Origin: Cycas panzhihuaensis
Lineage: Eukaryota > Plantae > Cycadophyta
Direction of reading: 5' to 3'
NCBI GenBank assembly: GCA_023213395.1
Contig: CM041465.1
Span: forward strand, 248,007,741-248,071,740
Length of the DNA: 64,000 nt
Notes under the pieces: generated by a model
The model's input: only the letters and a program-made list of their open reading frames with translations
The model's database searches: none
What the model was told of the DNA's origin: nothing
Shown here: positions 43,324-56,700 of the stretch, piece after piece
Position numbering within the stretch: position 1 is the stretch's first letter
Layout of the letters: every line of letters begins with the position of its first letter
Position numbers and translations under genes: made by a program

Positions 43324-43550
43324 AATATGATATAATTTATTATTATGTGGGCTGACATATGTAATACATGAGTGGATCTATTTAAAAGGATCTAAATTCC
43401 ATTGTACATTACACTTTTTGTATCAATGTAATCAATAATTCTATGGTGGGTTTTTGTTGAAAGGTTTCCCATATCAATTTTGCTTTGTATGTTTGTACAT
43501 TTCATACTTGTTATATACATAAATGATATGGTTGTATATGGTTTCTAACA
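37288..43550 (+). mobile_element. Ty1/copia element C, full length, degenerate
   Basis: LTRs 37288-37588 and 43238-43550. PBS TGGTATTAGAG 37589-37599. PPT aagggcgga 43229-43237. TSD ATCTT (37283-37287) / ATCTC (43551-43555). Confidence 0.93.
39216..43150 (+). pseudogene. Copia C gag-pol pseudogene
   Basis: gag: NNFHERKANIELIL...NISEYLTKITDLRNRLDEL. PR: DYWILDSG. IN: FIDDYSKK..LRSDNGKEY. RT: LHQMDVKSTFFNGDL..YQSLVGSLIYL. RH: IFTKAL. Many stops. Confidence 0.92.
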
Positions 43551-44629
43551 ATCTCTTTCAAATTCAAACCCAATGACATAATTATGAAAGCATTCTTTTA
43601 CTAAGAGATTTCTTAATTTGCCATGAAATTATCATGACTTATATTGATGCTGTTCTAATGTCTCATTCATATTTGCTAGTAATAATTTTGGATAATACTT
43701 GATTTTAATGGATACCATACACATGATCATCTAGTAGAGAATCAAGATGCTGAACTCAATTATACCCAAGAAGCAATTAAGATAGTTACATGACCAAAAA
43801 TAACTAATATAAAATTTAAATGGATTGTGTGTAATAGAGGCAATCATAACAAGCTATATAAGATAGGTAATTTGAGGAGGTCATGTACTGTACATCTATA
43901 TTAATATCATTACATAGATGAATAAGAACAAATTATTAAGGAGATTAAGAATTTCTTAACACATTTTAATTTAGATTATTTTCATATTATTCTAATTAGA
44001 GGTAATAAGGGGATGAGTACTAAATCATATCTCAAATAGTAATTAAGTAATAAATGATAAATATTTAATACATAAAATACTTAATAAAAAATAAAATAAA
44101 TTAATCAGAGTGATAATTATATCTCAATGTCAAAATAACATATAATAATAGAATGGAAAATGTCAGGCATTAGAGTGATAATCATAAGAATTGCTCCATT
44201 GTAAAATAAAAATAATAATCATGAGTTGGCTTACTGTGGTCTCCCATATTTATAGTTGAATAGTGGAGCCAACTTCTATAAACCATTAATAAAATGTTAT
44301 TAATTAATTTTAGACTCATTAGAATCCCACCCTCCTTGAGATACTTTGCATTTAAAGATCCTTTACTTCTAATGCTTTGTTTAGGAAGCACAAGAGATGT
44401 AACATATGCCTTTAGCCTACCACCTATTAATACCATTATATCATATATACTTAATCTATCTTTGTGTTATCTTCTAGAAGAAACCCTTGTGTGTGTATAT
44501 GTATATGTGTGTGTATTTATTATTAAGGATGACTTGTCATTAATAATATTTATGCATGATCTTATATGTGGATAATCTTAGGACCTATGTGTTAAGCATT
44601 CAACTTACTAGGAACCTTATATCCTATTT

Positions 44630-46430
44630 TCACATTATACCCATGGGAAATTGTCCTCAAACTAGAAAGAAGGGTTGGAGATGAAGTGATGAGATGAGTG
44701 TGAATAAGGTGTATGAATTGGGAGCTAAATTTGGGGTTCCCTAGTTATAAGGGGGTTTGGATGGGAATCCATAGGACAAGAGAGTAGGTGATAAGATATG
44801 GATTAAGGTTGATAGTGAAAATTTTAGGTTGGAAAGAGGTTTAATAGGGGAAAGGAAAGTGGGGAATGGTTCTTGGATAGCTTGGCATGATAGGACTATT
44901 ATGTAGACAAGATATTTAATTGAGTACATAAGAGAGGGGTATGTTGAGGATGAAGGAATGTGAAGGTTTATAGAGTGTTAGGTGAGGTATTTAGATTTAT
45001 CAAGCATGGGATCTTTGAAAGACACAAGGGAAAAGGAGGTAATTTAAGAAGTAGAATTTAAGGATACAACCTCATAGATGAATAGCAGGGTGACTGAGAA
45101 TCTAATAGGATGGGATATAAGAGGTTAGTGTGAAAAATATGAAGTGTATAAAAATTATGTGTGGGTAATGAAGAGTGAGATGGAGGTAATGAGGGATAAT
45201 GATGGGTAGAACATGTAGGAAATATAAGCATATGAGGGTAATATGTGAGAAGAAATAATCAAATTAAGAGTGATAATAGGTAAAAATAATATGTATTAAG
45301 GATAAGGTGTAAAATATATGGAGGTTTTATTGGGGAATAGTAAGTAATAAATGGGAGAAACACTAAGTAAATAATATATATGAGCAATAGAGGTGGAGTT
45401 AATAATAGGCAACATAAGCATTTATTAAACATGGGAAGGAATACATGGAAAATGGGTATTAAAGTATAGGTATGAAAAGAGGATAAGGGTAAGATAGTGT
45501 ACTAACAGTATTTGGGGACAACACTTATGTGGAGGCTATGGGAGATAAATTAGTAATTAGAGTTAAATGAAATGATAGAAGATAGACATGTATCAAAAAG
45601 AGAGAGGTGAGACACCAAGAGAATGAAGGGCAATGGTGAGTTGTATTAAGAGTAGTACTAAGGGGTGGATTAAATTTTAAATTGGTAAATAAACTTAGGA
45701 ACTAACACATATGAAGAGCTTCTAAGAGATGAATAGGGGATAAGTGGTAGGTTTTCCTTATAGACCAAGGGTTTTGATAATGGCTTATAAGAAAGATATC
45801 TAGGGAGGTTCATATAGGTAAGTGAGAAAGATGATAGAGGATAGAAGTATTACTTGTAAGACAAATTTAGGGATAAGAGAGAAGGAATAGGGCCTTATAA
45901 GAGGGATGTATATTATCATAAAAAAGGAGTAATGAAAGTGGAGTTCAAGAAGATGATGGGTATATCATGATACCATTTTTCCCTTGGGAACTTCCTAGGC
46001 AATGAATTTTGGTATCAAGAGAATGATAGATGGAGGATCTCAAGTGGAATCAAGATTTCACCAAAAAGAAGATGGGATGAGATTTCACCCAATTAAGGGT
46101 TTAAGGATATGATTCCACTATGGGCTCTTGATGATCAAGATTTTCTAATTCCATACAATGTGCAAATTCATGAAGAATAATGAAAGTACCAAATAGAATG
46201 GAAAATTACAAAATAGGACTTGGATTTATACTAGTTGCCTCCTTGGAAATGATGTATTGCTTTGACTTTGTAGCTAGTTCACCCTACAATTCTATTTTTC
46301 TTAGCTCTTACACATTAATCATATCTAATTTAGTTTATTCATTGTTGGGGTATCCCTTTCCAAACTTTGTCTCTTGTTTGAGTTGTAATTTTTACTTACA
46401 TATGGAATTTTTCTCTCCTTTGTATAATGA
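44630..46430 (+). mobile_element. Degenerate L1-type LINE ORF2 C-terminal half with RNase H and 3' UTR
   Basis: HII-WEIVLKLE..GLEMK across frameshifts (cf. HLVAW..VC.PK..GGLG). GDKIWIKV...ERGLIGERKVGNGSWIAWHDR (cf. W.VGNG..I.FW.D.W). GWIKF...EELLRDE*G near 45660-45740. Purine-rich plus strand. Confidence 0.5.
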
Positions 46431-46622
46431 TTTTTTTTTTTGGCGATAATATTCAAATAAATGTGTTATAACTATCTCCCCTAGACAAGACTTGGCCTTC
46501 CAAAACCAAATTATAATAGTTGATAGTAAATTTTGAGGTTCTCACCATTTTATTTTGTTGTGCTCTTAACCCAGAAATTAACACCAACTAAACTACTTGC
46601 TTGCACCATACCATGAAGTAAT

Positions 46623-46999
46623 TGAGTTATGGTCTAGCGGTTGACTTAGGGTATCACTATATAAATGACCCTAGTTTAAATCTCAATGGACTTAAAGTCC
46701 CACATGTATGGGGGGATAAAAATTTGACTTCCTTGAGTTTTGACCCTCTTTATAAACAAAAGATATCTAACCAAGTTCTAAATCTTCTCAATATAAGCAA
46801 AGTGATAATCAAATCCTCCAATGATGAAGATTAATCGATATGGTTTGAATGCTTGCCAATACATATTGATGGTTTAAAACTTAGTAGGGGTTAAGGGACA
46901 TCGTGTTACCTTATATTTTATATTTTCCTAGTACCTCTCAAAGGTGAGGGCCCCATCCTTTTAGGATGTGTGGGAGATACTCTAATCATAAAAAAAAAA
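46623..46999 (+). mobile_element. tRNA-derived SINE-like element (tRNA-Gln-like head, ~377 bp, poly(A) tail)
   Basis: A box TGGTCTAGCGG 46630-46640 and deaminated B box GTTTAAATC 46674-46682, at tRNA spacing. Twin hairpins 46934-46974 and A10 46990-46999. Degenerate TSD aagtaattga / aagcatatga. Confidence 0.65.
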
Positions 47000-47186
47000 G
47001 CATATGACAACATAACAAGATATGATAAGGGCCTACAAGATCTACTTCATCACATGGATATTCTTTAAGAGGTTTGTTGTTTCATAGAAAGGGGCATATT
47101 CTCATATTCAAAACTCACTTCCCTCATAAACAAACAATGTCAAGCCTACAAGCTCTACTTTTTTAAGGGTGCTCTCCCTTTAAATT

Positions 47187-50100
47187 TGTTAAGCCTTTTA
47201 TGGTCCCCTTGCTTTAAAAAGATGTAAATAAGTAACATATCAAGTCTGTAGGTAATGTATAGAGAGTTTATAAGTGTATATAGTAGTAGTAGATGTACAT
47301 AGGTAGGTGTTAGGCATTTTTTCTCACCTTTGCTTCAAAAGGTTATAGATGCAACTCATGTTTATAAATGGTTGTTATATTTAGTCAAGATTATAATAGG
47401 GGGTTGTAATGTTAATGTTAGATCAAATTAAGACACTTATAATGTATTATTTTAAACTTAAAGGTGTGTTAGTGTGATGGTATGTGTGATAAGTAGGGTT
47501 AAAGTTTATTTTTAGGTGTTATTTCACATTTCACAAGTTCAAAGATACGTGTATGCTGACTTACTTACTCATTTGTCGAATCCCAGAGAAAGCCTTATAA
47601 AGGAAAAAATTACTCATTTGCAGGTGTGAAATATGGGCAATAATACAAAGGCCTTTTTATTTCATTACCCTCATCCCATCAAATGGATAAATGACATTGC
47701 TTCTCTTATTTCTTCAACTATGAGATTGCAAAATACATGGAATAGAGCACATACAATGACTTTTCATGCACTTATAAGGCCCATCAGACAAGTCAACTTG
47801 TCTTCTTTATAAATCTCTTTTAAAGGACATCATTCACCACTCATTATATGACACCTAAAAGACATTTAATTCTTTACCAAATTTTTATAAAAGTTTTTAA
47901 AGATCTCTTTAAATCATTTTCACAAACACCTTGAACATAGAAAACATGGTAGGTGAACTAGAGGCTTGTAGATATGGATTGAGGAGTCATATTTCATGAT
48001 CCAATTGCTAATGAACACCTAAGATCATGGTAAGAATTAAATGGTGTAATCTTTTATGTCCATTTTTTCCATCATTGGTCCAAATAAGACGTCAGATCAG
48101 TCAATTACTAGAAGAGGATAAAATGGGCCACTTGTGTTGGATATGATAAGATTTTTGTCTTTATGTCATTCCAAACTTCAACACCTCTTCCCTAATATGA
48201 AAGTCAACAATTGGAAGCTATGAAAAACATCAAAAACCAACTTGAGTAATCACGATTAATTATTTCCAAAGCCAAGATCATTGCCCAATGCATAATAGAT
48301 GGAAGTCATCTCTTAATTCCAAAGTTGACATAGTAATATTTTATTAATTTCTAGACATTAGAGGGATGGGTTTGGTTGAGTTATAATTCAAGAAATGATC
48401 TGTAGATATGGATGACTATTATAGGGTACAATATAATTATAAAAGAGAAAATTAAAGTTGTAGAGATTCTTATGGTCCTACACCTTACTATTTTATCTAT
48501 CTAATGTATAACGTGGTTCCAACATTATAGTTGTTCTTTATTGTTCTTCCGTTTTCCTCTATTATTTCTTACTGGCTATGTACATTACCACTTGGCTTAT
48601 CCAATGTAATTTGTTTGAGATTTCTTCTCTTCTTTTTTCACTTAATGTTATCACATATTTGAATGTTTTATGGAATAGATCCCCATAATTAATCTGTGGC
48701 ATTCTAAGTTCTAATCTAAATCATATTCAATGTACAAAATTAGTTGAGATTTACATTTGAAATTAAAGCTCTATTTTCTTGGTGAATGAAAAGTATTGCA
48801 TTTGGATTTTAGTGTTTGTACTATTTATTTGTCAAGAAGATTTTGTTTGGGAGTATGGAGACTTATGTTTGGATACATAGTCCTCAATGTTGCTTAGAAG
48901 ATTGTGTTGTGGCTTAAAAAGAGTTCTTTAGTCTACTTAGCAATTCTTACATAGTAGTAGCACTACCTAGTTCCATACGACTAGGAATGATTATCACATT
49001 AAGTACCTTTATCATTTTTCTTCGTTTCAATTTTGATTTTATTTTTATCTTTTTCTTATAAAAATAGAAACATAAAAAATAGAAAGCAAAAAATGTAAAG
49101 AGCGTTGTACACTAGCCATTCTTTTTTAACATACTATACATTAACATTTAATCCATTTTTAGAGCCAATGAATACTAAGAGATGAATTTGATGTAGTTGG
49201 TCATTTATTTTTATACTCATCTATCAAACATCCTATAGACTATATCCTATTGTAAACACTCATTAAGGAAGTATACAAGAATATTGGTCAATAAGTTAAC
49301 AACCATATTAGGGATAAGATGTTCCCCTAGTCATTCTTTTTCTTGATTTTGGATTTCTCCATTGTACATACCATTATAGGTTGCATTATTTCTTTTTGAA
49401 AAGGTTAAAAATAAATAAAAATTAGTCAAAGAGGCCCATTACTCTTGGTAATATTTGAAAATAAGATTAAACTTTTATGTTTTGATCAAGGATTTGTAAA
49501 GACATAAAATTCATTAGAAATGGTAATACAATAGGCACTTCAAAGCAATATTCCCCCATGTATTTATAATAACCCTTTGGACTTGGGAGATGAGTACCAT
49601 GAGATTCCAGACAAGGCCTTTCCAAAGTATATTAGAGATGGGATTATCACAATCATCTAATACCTTGAGAATTTCTCAATGTTGTATTCAACATTTTCCA
49701 TTATAGAACCAAATGTTATAATTAGACTTTTCATACATTCTTTTATTAGAGATTTTTTAACTTAATTCATGTGATTGCCCTATGCTTTTATTGAATACTA
49801 CGAGGATTTAGTTCTAATTTTTGAAACTAAATATGGCAATAATAAAATTGTTATTACACTCATTGAAGAATTGTTCAACATAGAGAGAGCTACCACTAAA
49901 AACATTTTAGATTACATAGAGAGGTCTGAGAGGATTCTCAAATAGCTTGAAGTTGTCAATAGACTTATAAAAAGCATTTTGATTAAGTGGTTTCTTGATG
50001 GCCTTGATCCTAAAACTTGTTTGATGACCATTCTCAAAGAATCAATTAATTAGAAATAGGTAAAAAAAATGTTTTCAAGCTTGAAGCAGTAATGGAAAGA

Positions 50101-53100
50101 TGGGGCAACACTCCTTTCCTTTCTCAAGATGATTCTAGCATGGAGGAGTTTTCACCAACATGATAAACAAATAGAAAGTAATACTCAAAGCCAAATCAGA
50201 AGTTTGAATCAAGAGTTATTATATTGAAAAAGATAGTCATTAGAGAAACATCAAACTATTACCATATTAAGGAGCCTATGGAGTAACTAATTAATGCTTC
50301 ATTTAGAAATAAATTTGATGTTTTGTTTAATAATAAACCAGGTAAAAGTTTGCTTGACAATGCATATGGTGATAAAGATGCATCTATTTCATTTGAAGAA
50401 AATGATAAAAAACTTAGATTTTTCAATGCAAATGTAACAATTATCACCAACCCTCAAATGGAGATAGGAGCCAAGCATGAAGAAGAGTAAACAATCATTG
50501 TTGAACCTATTAAAAAGTCAAAAAAAAATCAATACAACTCAAGGTATGATTACATTCATAGCTTTTTAAATAGATAAAACATTTATTATGGAGGAAGATT
50601 TGTAACTTTCTATTGAACAATAAGATGAAACACATTCTTCAAATAATATAGATCATTGGTAGGTTGTTGAAAAAGAGATGCAAAATTTAGCCTTTGTCCA
50701 ATAGGAAACAAATGTTGCACACATCCAAAATATAGCCAAACAAACTCAAGAATTTGGGAAGTTGTAAGATATAAGCTTAAATTGAAATTCCATTAGGTTT
50801 AAAGCTAATGAAATTCTTAAGGAAATGATTGGATTATGACCATTATTTGATTTTAGTTATGTAATCAAAGAGAGGATTACAAAAGAGTAACATATAGTAG
50901 CAGAGGTTATAACAGCTAATAGGGAACTTATAGATATCACAACTATTGTGGAAGGAAGCTAGGTAGCCAAGGAAATACATAGTATGTTTTTAAATCAAAA
51001 TTCATTTATGTTAAATGAGGATGAAATTTATAAGGGGCCATTTCCTCATTCAAAAGTGGAATCACTTAGTTTGGTAAGAAGACACACTTCTTGTAAGTTA
51101 GTTTTGAAGGATGAAATATCTAGCATGTTACAATATAAAGAAGAATGGGATGGGATGAATGTTGTAGCAATTAAGTTAATGCTTTTTCAAGGAGTTTAAC
51201 TATTTAATCAGTTTGATTTTCTCTTCTAAAATGTAATGTTTTGTTATAGAGATGCTTTCTTCCTTTGCCCTTTGGGTGAAAATGAAAGGTTATCTTTAAA
51301 ACCAAAGTTTAAGCCATCTACTGTAGTTGAGGGATGGTGGTATTAGAAGGGTTGTTATCCCCATCTACTAGTCTCAAGAAAGGAAATGTTACTACCTCAC
51401 CATCGTACCTTAAACAATCTACACTTGCAAGTGGAATAGAACATTGTAGGACTTGTCATTATATTTGAGAGTCCAAATGGAAGAATTTTTATTTTTCTTC
51501 ATATGTGCATTGGATCTTAATCTCCTTTTTCTTTATTTCTATCTTTCTAGGCTCTATTATGTTGTACATTTTCTACATACATATATTATACATAACTTGT
51601 ATACAATAGTGTTGAATTTTGTTTTTCAATTGTTACTTTTATTAACCTGCTAGGGATCAATAAAAGCAAGGGGGCAATTTGTTGAGCCTTTTTTCATCCC
51701 CTTTCTAAAAAATGATGTAAATAAATAAAATACCAAGTTTGTAAGCAATGTAAAGGGGGTTTAAATATGTACATAGTAGTAGTAGATGTACATGGGTAGG
51801 TGTTAGGCCCTTTTCTTATCTTGATTTTAAAAGTTCTGAATGCAACTCATGTCTATAAATGGTTGTTATACTTAGTCAATATCATAATGAGGGGTTATAG
51901 TGATAGTGTTAAATAAGGTTGAGACACTTCTAATGTATTATTTAAATGTAAAAGTGTCTTACCATCATAGTATGTGTCTTAGGTGGGGTTAAAGTTTATT
52001 TTTAAGTATTATTTTACATTTTGCAAGTTCAAAGATGTAAGTATGATGATTTACTTACTCATTTATGGGATTTTAGGGAAAGCCTTATAAAGGAAAAGTT
52101 ACTCATTTGCTAGTGTGAAATAAAAGTAATAATACAAAGGCCTTTGTATTATATTGTTTATATCCCCACAAATTGATAAATGACATTAAGTCACTCATTT
52201 CTTCAACTACGAGATTATGAAATTTATGGAATAAGACACATACAATGGCTTTTAATGCATTTGTAAGGCCACCAGACAACTCTATTTGTCTTCTTTATAA
52301 AGCTCTTTTAAAGTACATAATCCACCACTAATTATGTGACACTTAGAGGGCATTTAATGCTTCATAAAACATATATATATATAGATATATAGAACTCTTT
52401 GAAGTATTTTCACAAACACCTTGAATACAAAAGGCATGGTGGGAAAACTAGACGCTTTTAAATGTGGATCAAGGAGTCAAAGTTTATCATCCAATCATCA
52501 TCAAATGCCTAAGATCATGGTAATCATTAGATAGTGTAATTTTTTATGCTCATTTTCACCATTGTTGGTCCAAATAAGTTATTGACTTAATTGAATACTA
52601 GAAGATGATAAAATAGGCCACATGTGTTGGATAGAACAAGAGATATTTGTCTTTACATCATTTAAAACTTCAATGCCTCTTCTCCATTATGAAACTTAAT
52701 AGTTGGTAGCTATGAAAAACATGAGAAATCAACTCAAATAATCACAATTAATAATTGTTAAAACTAGGGTCACTACCTAATGCATAATAGATGGAAGTTA
52801 TCTCTCAATTCCAAAGCTGACATGGTAATATTTTATTAATTTCTAGATATCAAAAGGGGAAGTTTGGTTGAGTTATATTTCAAGAAATGATGCCTAGAGA
52901 TGTGCAACTATTACAAGGTACACTACAATTTTAAAAGATAGAAAATCAAAGTTTCAAGGGTTCTTTTGGTTTTACACCTTACTACTTGATCTATCTGATG
53001 TATAGTATGGTTCTAACATTCTAGTTATTCTTTATACTTCTTCCTTTTTCCTCTTATTATTTCTTATTGGTTGTGTATATTACTGCTTGGCCTATCTAGT

Positions 53101-53751
53101 GTAGTGTGTTTGAGATTTCATCTCTTCTTTTTCACTTAATACTATCACAAGTATGGATGTTTTATGGAATAGACCCTCATAATTAATTAGGGACATTTTA
53201 AATTTTGATACAAATCATATTCAATGTACAAATTTGGCACAAATGTACATTTGCATTTAAGGCTCTATTTTCTTAGTGAATAAGGAGTATTGTATTTGGA
53301 TTTTAGTGTTTGTACTTTTTATTTGTTAAGAAGGTTTTTTGGGTAACTTAGAGACTTGTATTTGGAGAATTTGACATATAATTCTCAATGGTACTCAAAA
53401 GATTATGTTGTAGATTCAAATGAGTTGTTTAGTCTACCTATCAATTCTTGCATAGAAATAGCACCACCTAATTCCATAAGACCATAAATGGTCATAACAT
53501 TAAGCACCTTTGTTATTTTTCCTTCTCTCTTAGTTATAATTTTATTTTTATCTTTTTCTTATAAAAATAGAAACATAAAAATAGAAAATAGAAAATGTTA
53601 AAGAAAATTCTCCACTATTCATTTTTTTTATATATATAGTACATTAGCAATTAATTTGATAGAGTTGGTCATTTATTTTTATACTTATATATTAAATATC
53701 CTATAGATTAGATCCCATTGTAAACACTCCTTGGAGAAGGCAGAAATATCA
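47187..53751 (+). mobile_element. Non-autonomous gag-only Ty3/gypsy-like LTR element E (TR-GAG/LARD-like) with ~2.1-kb LTRs
   Basis: Long direct repeats 47187-~49300 and 51680-~53751 align throughout and start TGTT. PPT aaggggg at 51668-51674. The ~2.4-kb interior holds only gag-like coding sequence. Exact 3' LTR end, PBS and TSD unresolved. Confidence 0.85.
49520..51200 (+). pseudogene. Retrotransposon gag pseudogene plus acidic low-complexity extension; no pol
   Basis: NNPLDLGDEYHEIPDKAFPKY..NVIIRLFIHSFIRDFLT*FM*LP..FETKYG..LIEELFNIER..ILIKWFLDGLDPK is a Retrotrans_gag-like pattern. I saw no protease, RT or IN motifs downstream. Confidence 0.7.
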
Positions 53752-53772
53752 ATTAATAGTATTGCCCATAAC

Positions 53773-56700
53773 TAAAAATTAACAAGCAAGATTAAGATAA
53801 CATATATGCATATAAATATTAAAGTAGAAAACATAGTAGAACTATAGATCAAATTAAACTAATTGCATCAAACTATGACTACCAAATTGGTTAGCTTAGT
53901 CAATTTATATTCTGACAAAGCTTTCACATGCATAAAAAACCAATATACAAATAAGAGCTTTTAGGTCTAATTTATAGATCAAGATATACCTTATAAATAA
54001 ATCTCATTGGCTAATATAATAGGCTAATACTATTATCCCATTATCCGGTAAGGAGGCAGACCTGATGTTATATTACATTACAATTCAATTTATAAAGAGG
54101 TCATACTAATGGTACAATTACACATAAAAATACATTTATAAATAAGGTGTCATTAAATATTTTAATACCCTCCCTTAATGACAGTTATATTTGTCTTAAT
54201 ACCAAGGTTATGTTGAAACCTTTTAAACTTTGGTCTTCCAAGTGCTTTGATAAAGATATCTACCACTTGGTCCTTAGTCGATCAATGCACTAATTTCACT
54301 TCTCTATTTTACACATGTTTACAAATGAAGTGATGATGGACCTTTATATGTTTAGTTCTCATATGGAAGACGAGATTCTTAGTCATCTACAAAACACTCT
54401 GATTATCACAAAAGAGAGTGGTGGCATGTGTCTATTGAAGTCTAAGATCTACAAGAATCTTGTGTAGCCAAATCACTTCAATGGTGGCATGAACAATTGC
54501 TTTATATTCAATTTCCATGGAGAAGAGAGCAATATTTAGTTATTTCTTATAGCTCTATGAGATTATAACTAATCTTATATTAAAATAATACCTTGTTGTG
54601 GAGTGGAATGAGTCTTAGCAATTAGCCTAATTAGCATGTGGATGTCCTTTTAGGATAATATTGTCAACTTGGTTATAATCAAGGCCAAGTTGAAGTGTGT
54701 CATGGATGTATTTGAGGATTTTGGTGGCAACTTTCTAATGTGATGCCTTGGGCTATAACATATATCTCGAATGGATCCTAAACTATATAAGAGATATCTA
54801 GTCAAGTGTGAGTGAGTTAGTTAGATAAAACTCTTAACTAGCTATTGGTAGAATGTGGGATCAAAGGGCTTACCTTATTTATCTAGAGTTTACATGGTCT
54901 CTATTTCCATTGGTATAGGTGAAGGTATGTAGTCACTCATTCTGAACTACTATAGAAGTTCATTTGAATATTTAGATTGCGATAGGAATATATGACTAGT
55001 GCTTACCACACCTCAATACTAAGGAAATAATATAACAACCTAAGGTCTATCATCTTGATGTTGCTTTTAAGTTTTGATTAGATCCAAGCCATTTCATCAT
55101 TATCATTTCTAGTTATTTCCAAGTTATTCACATAAAGCACTATGATAATGATCAGATTACCCATAATTTGAATATAAAGATCAGAATCCATCTTGCTTAA
55201 AGAAGGCATCAATCTTGGTATACTAGGAACGTAGTGTCTACTTTAATCCATAAAGGTCTTTCTTAAGTTTGTAAACTAGGTGTTCTTTCTAGAAACAACA
55301 TGGCTGAGAGATTGCGTCGAGAAAACCTCTTCAGTGAGTTCTCTATTTAGGAAGACACCCTTCACATCCATCTGGCAAGTAGGCCAACTGAATTGGGCCA
55401 TAAATGATATAACCAAATGGAATATGGTTATATTGGCAATAAGTACAAAGGTCTCTTCATAATCAATCTCCTCTTGTTGTTTAAAACCTTTTATAATAAA
55501 CTTTATAATGCTCAATGGTGGTATCAATATGAAATTTTATCTTGTAAAGCCATTGATAATCAATTAGCTTCTTTTTAGATGGTAGTTCAGTTAGATCCCA
55601 TGTATCATTCTTAAGGATTAAGTTCGTTTCTTCATCCATTGTAACTTTCCATGTTTGGTCTTTAATTATCTCCTCAAATACAGTCTTAAAAGTCTCAAGG
55701 ACGTGTTATTAAGTTATAATTTATGGAGTGCCTTATGTTAGACTCTCTATTGGGAGTAGTGGGGGGAGGAGGTGCATCCTTTATCAGTTGATGGTACTAC
55801 TTTGGAGATTTTTAAATATTGGTGAACTCCAACTAATGATCATCAACTAATATAAGTGGCATTATAGAGGTAGCATCTGAATTATAGGTTGAAGCTAATA
55901 GTGTTAAAGATGGACTTGGTATGTAGGATGTTGTTGGTGTAGGTGGCTCAAGAATTGGTATAAAAGGCACTTCTAAAATAACAATATCATTATTTACAAC
56001 AAATTATATCTATAAAAGGTCTAAATTTGTTGTATCTTTATAAAAAATGACATCTCAAGTGGTATATGCCTAATTTCTAATAGGATCATATACTTTATAA
56101 GCTTTACATCTAAGCACATATCTAAGAAAGATGTACTTGAGGCTTTTATCATCCAACTTTTTCTTGTTTCCTTTAGGGATGAACTTGTAAGCGATACAAC
56201 TAAATGTTTTTAAATGTGATATGGTAGGTTTTATGCCTAACTACACCTCCTTGGGTATGATATCTCATACTACTATGGTGGCACTTTTATTTGTAAGGTA
56301 TGTAGTAGTAGAGAGAGCTTCAACCCAAAAATGAGTAGCAAGGTTATAATACTTAATATAGCCTTTGCCTTATTCACCAAAGTTTCGTTTATTCTTTCTA
56401 CCATATATTTTATTGGGGTATACATGGAGCAGAGAATTGGCATTTTATCCCAAACTCTTGGCAGAAATTAGTGAATTGATTTGAAGTGTATTCTCTTCTA
56501 TTGTCTGATCTAAGCACCTTGATTATCATGTTGGTTTCATTTTCAACTTCTACCTTGAAGTTCCTAAATTTCTCAAAGGTGGATTTATATTTGTGTCGAA
56601 GAAAGTAAACCTAAACGTTTTTTAAATAATCATTAATGAAGGTCATGAAGAACAAACTTCCATTGAGGAAAGAAATTAACATAGGTCGACATATATCTAA

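Noticed and set aside
44317-44340. Minus-strand gypsy PPT and LTR start (KYLKEGGILMS)
   Set aside because: Plausible, but the terminus is mutated and no other LTR end or partner could be defined.
46431-46450. Poly(T) plus ggcgataa as the 3' end of a minus-strand retroposon
   Set aside because: No body, ORF remnant or TSD could be identified to support it.
46623-46693. Functional tRNA-Gln gene
   Set aside because: The anticodon arm and acceptor stem do not pair and the B box is mutated. A body and poly(A) follow, so it is treated as a SINE head.
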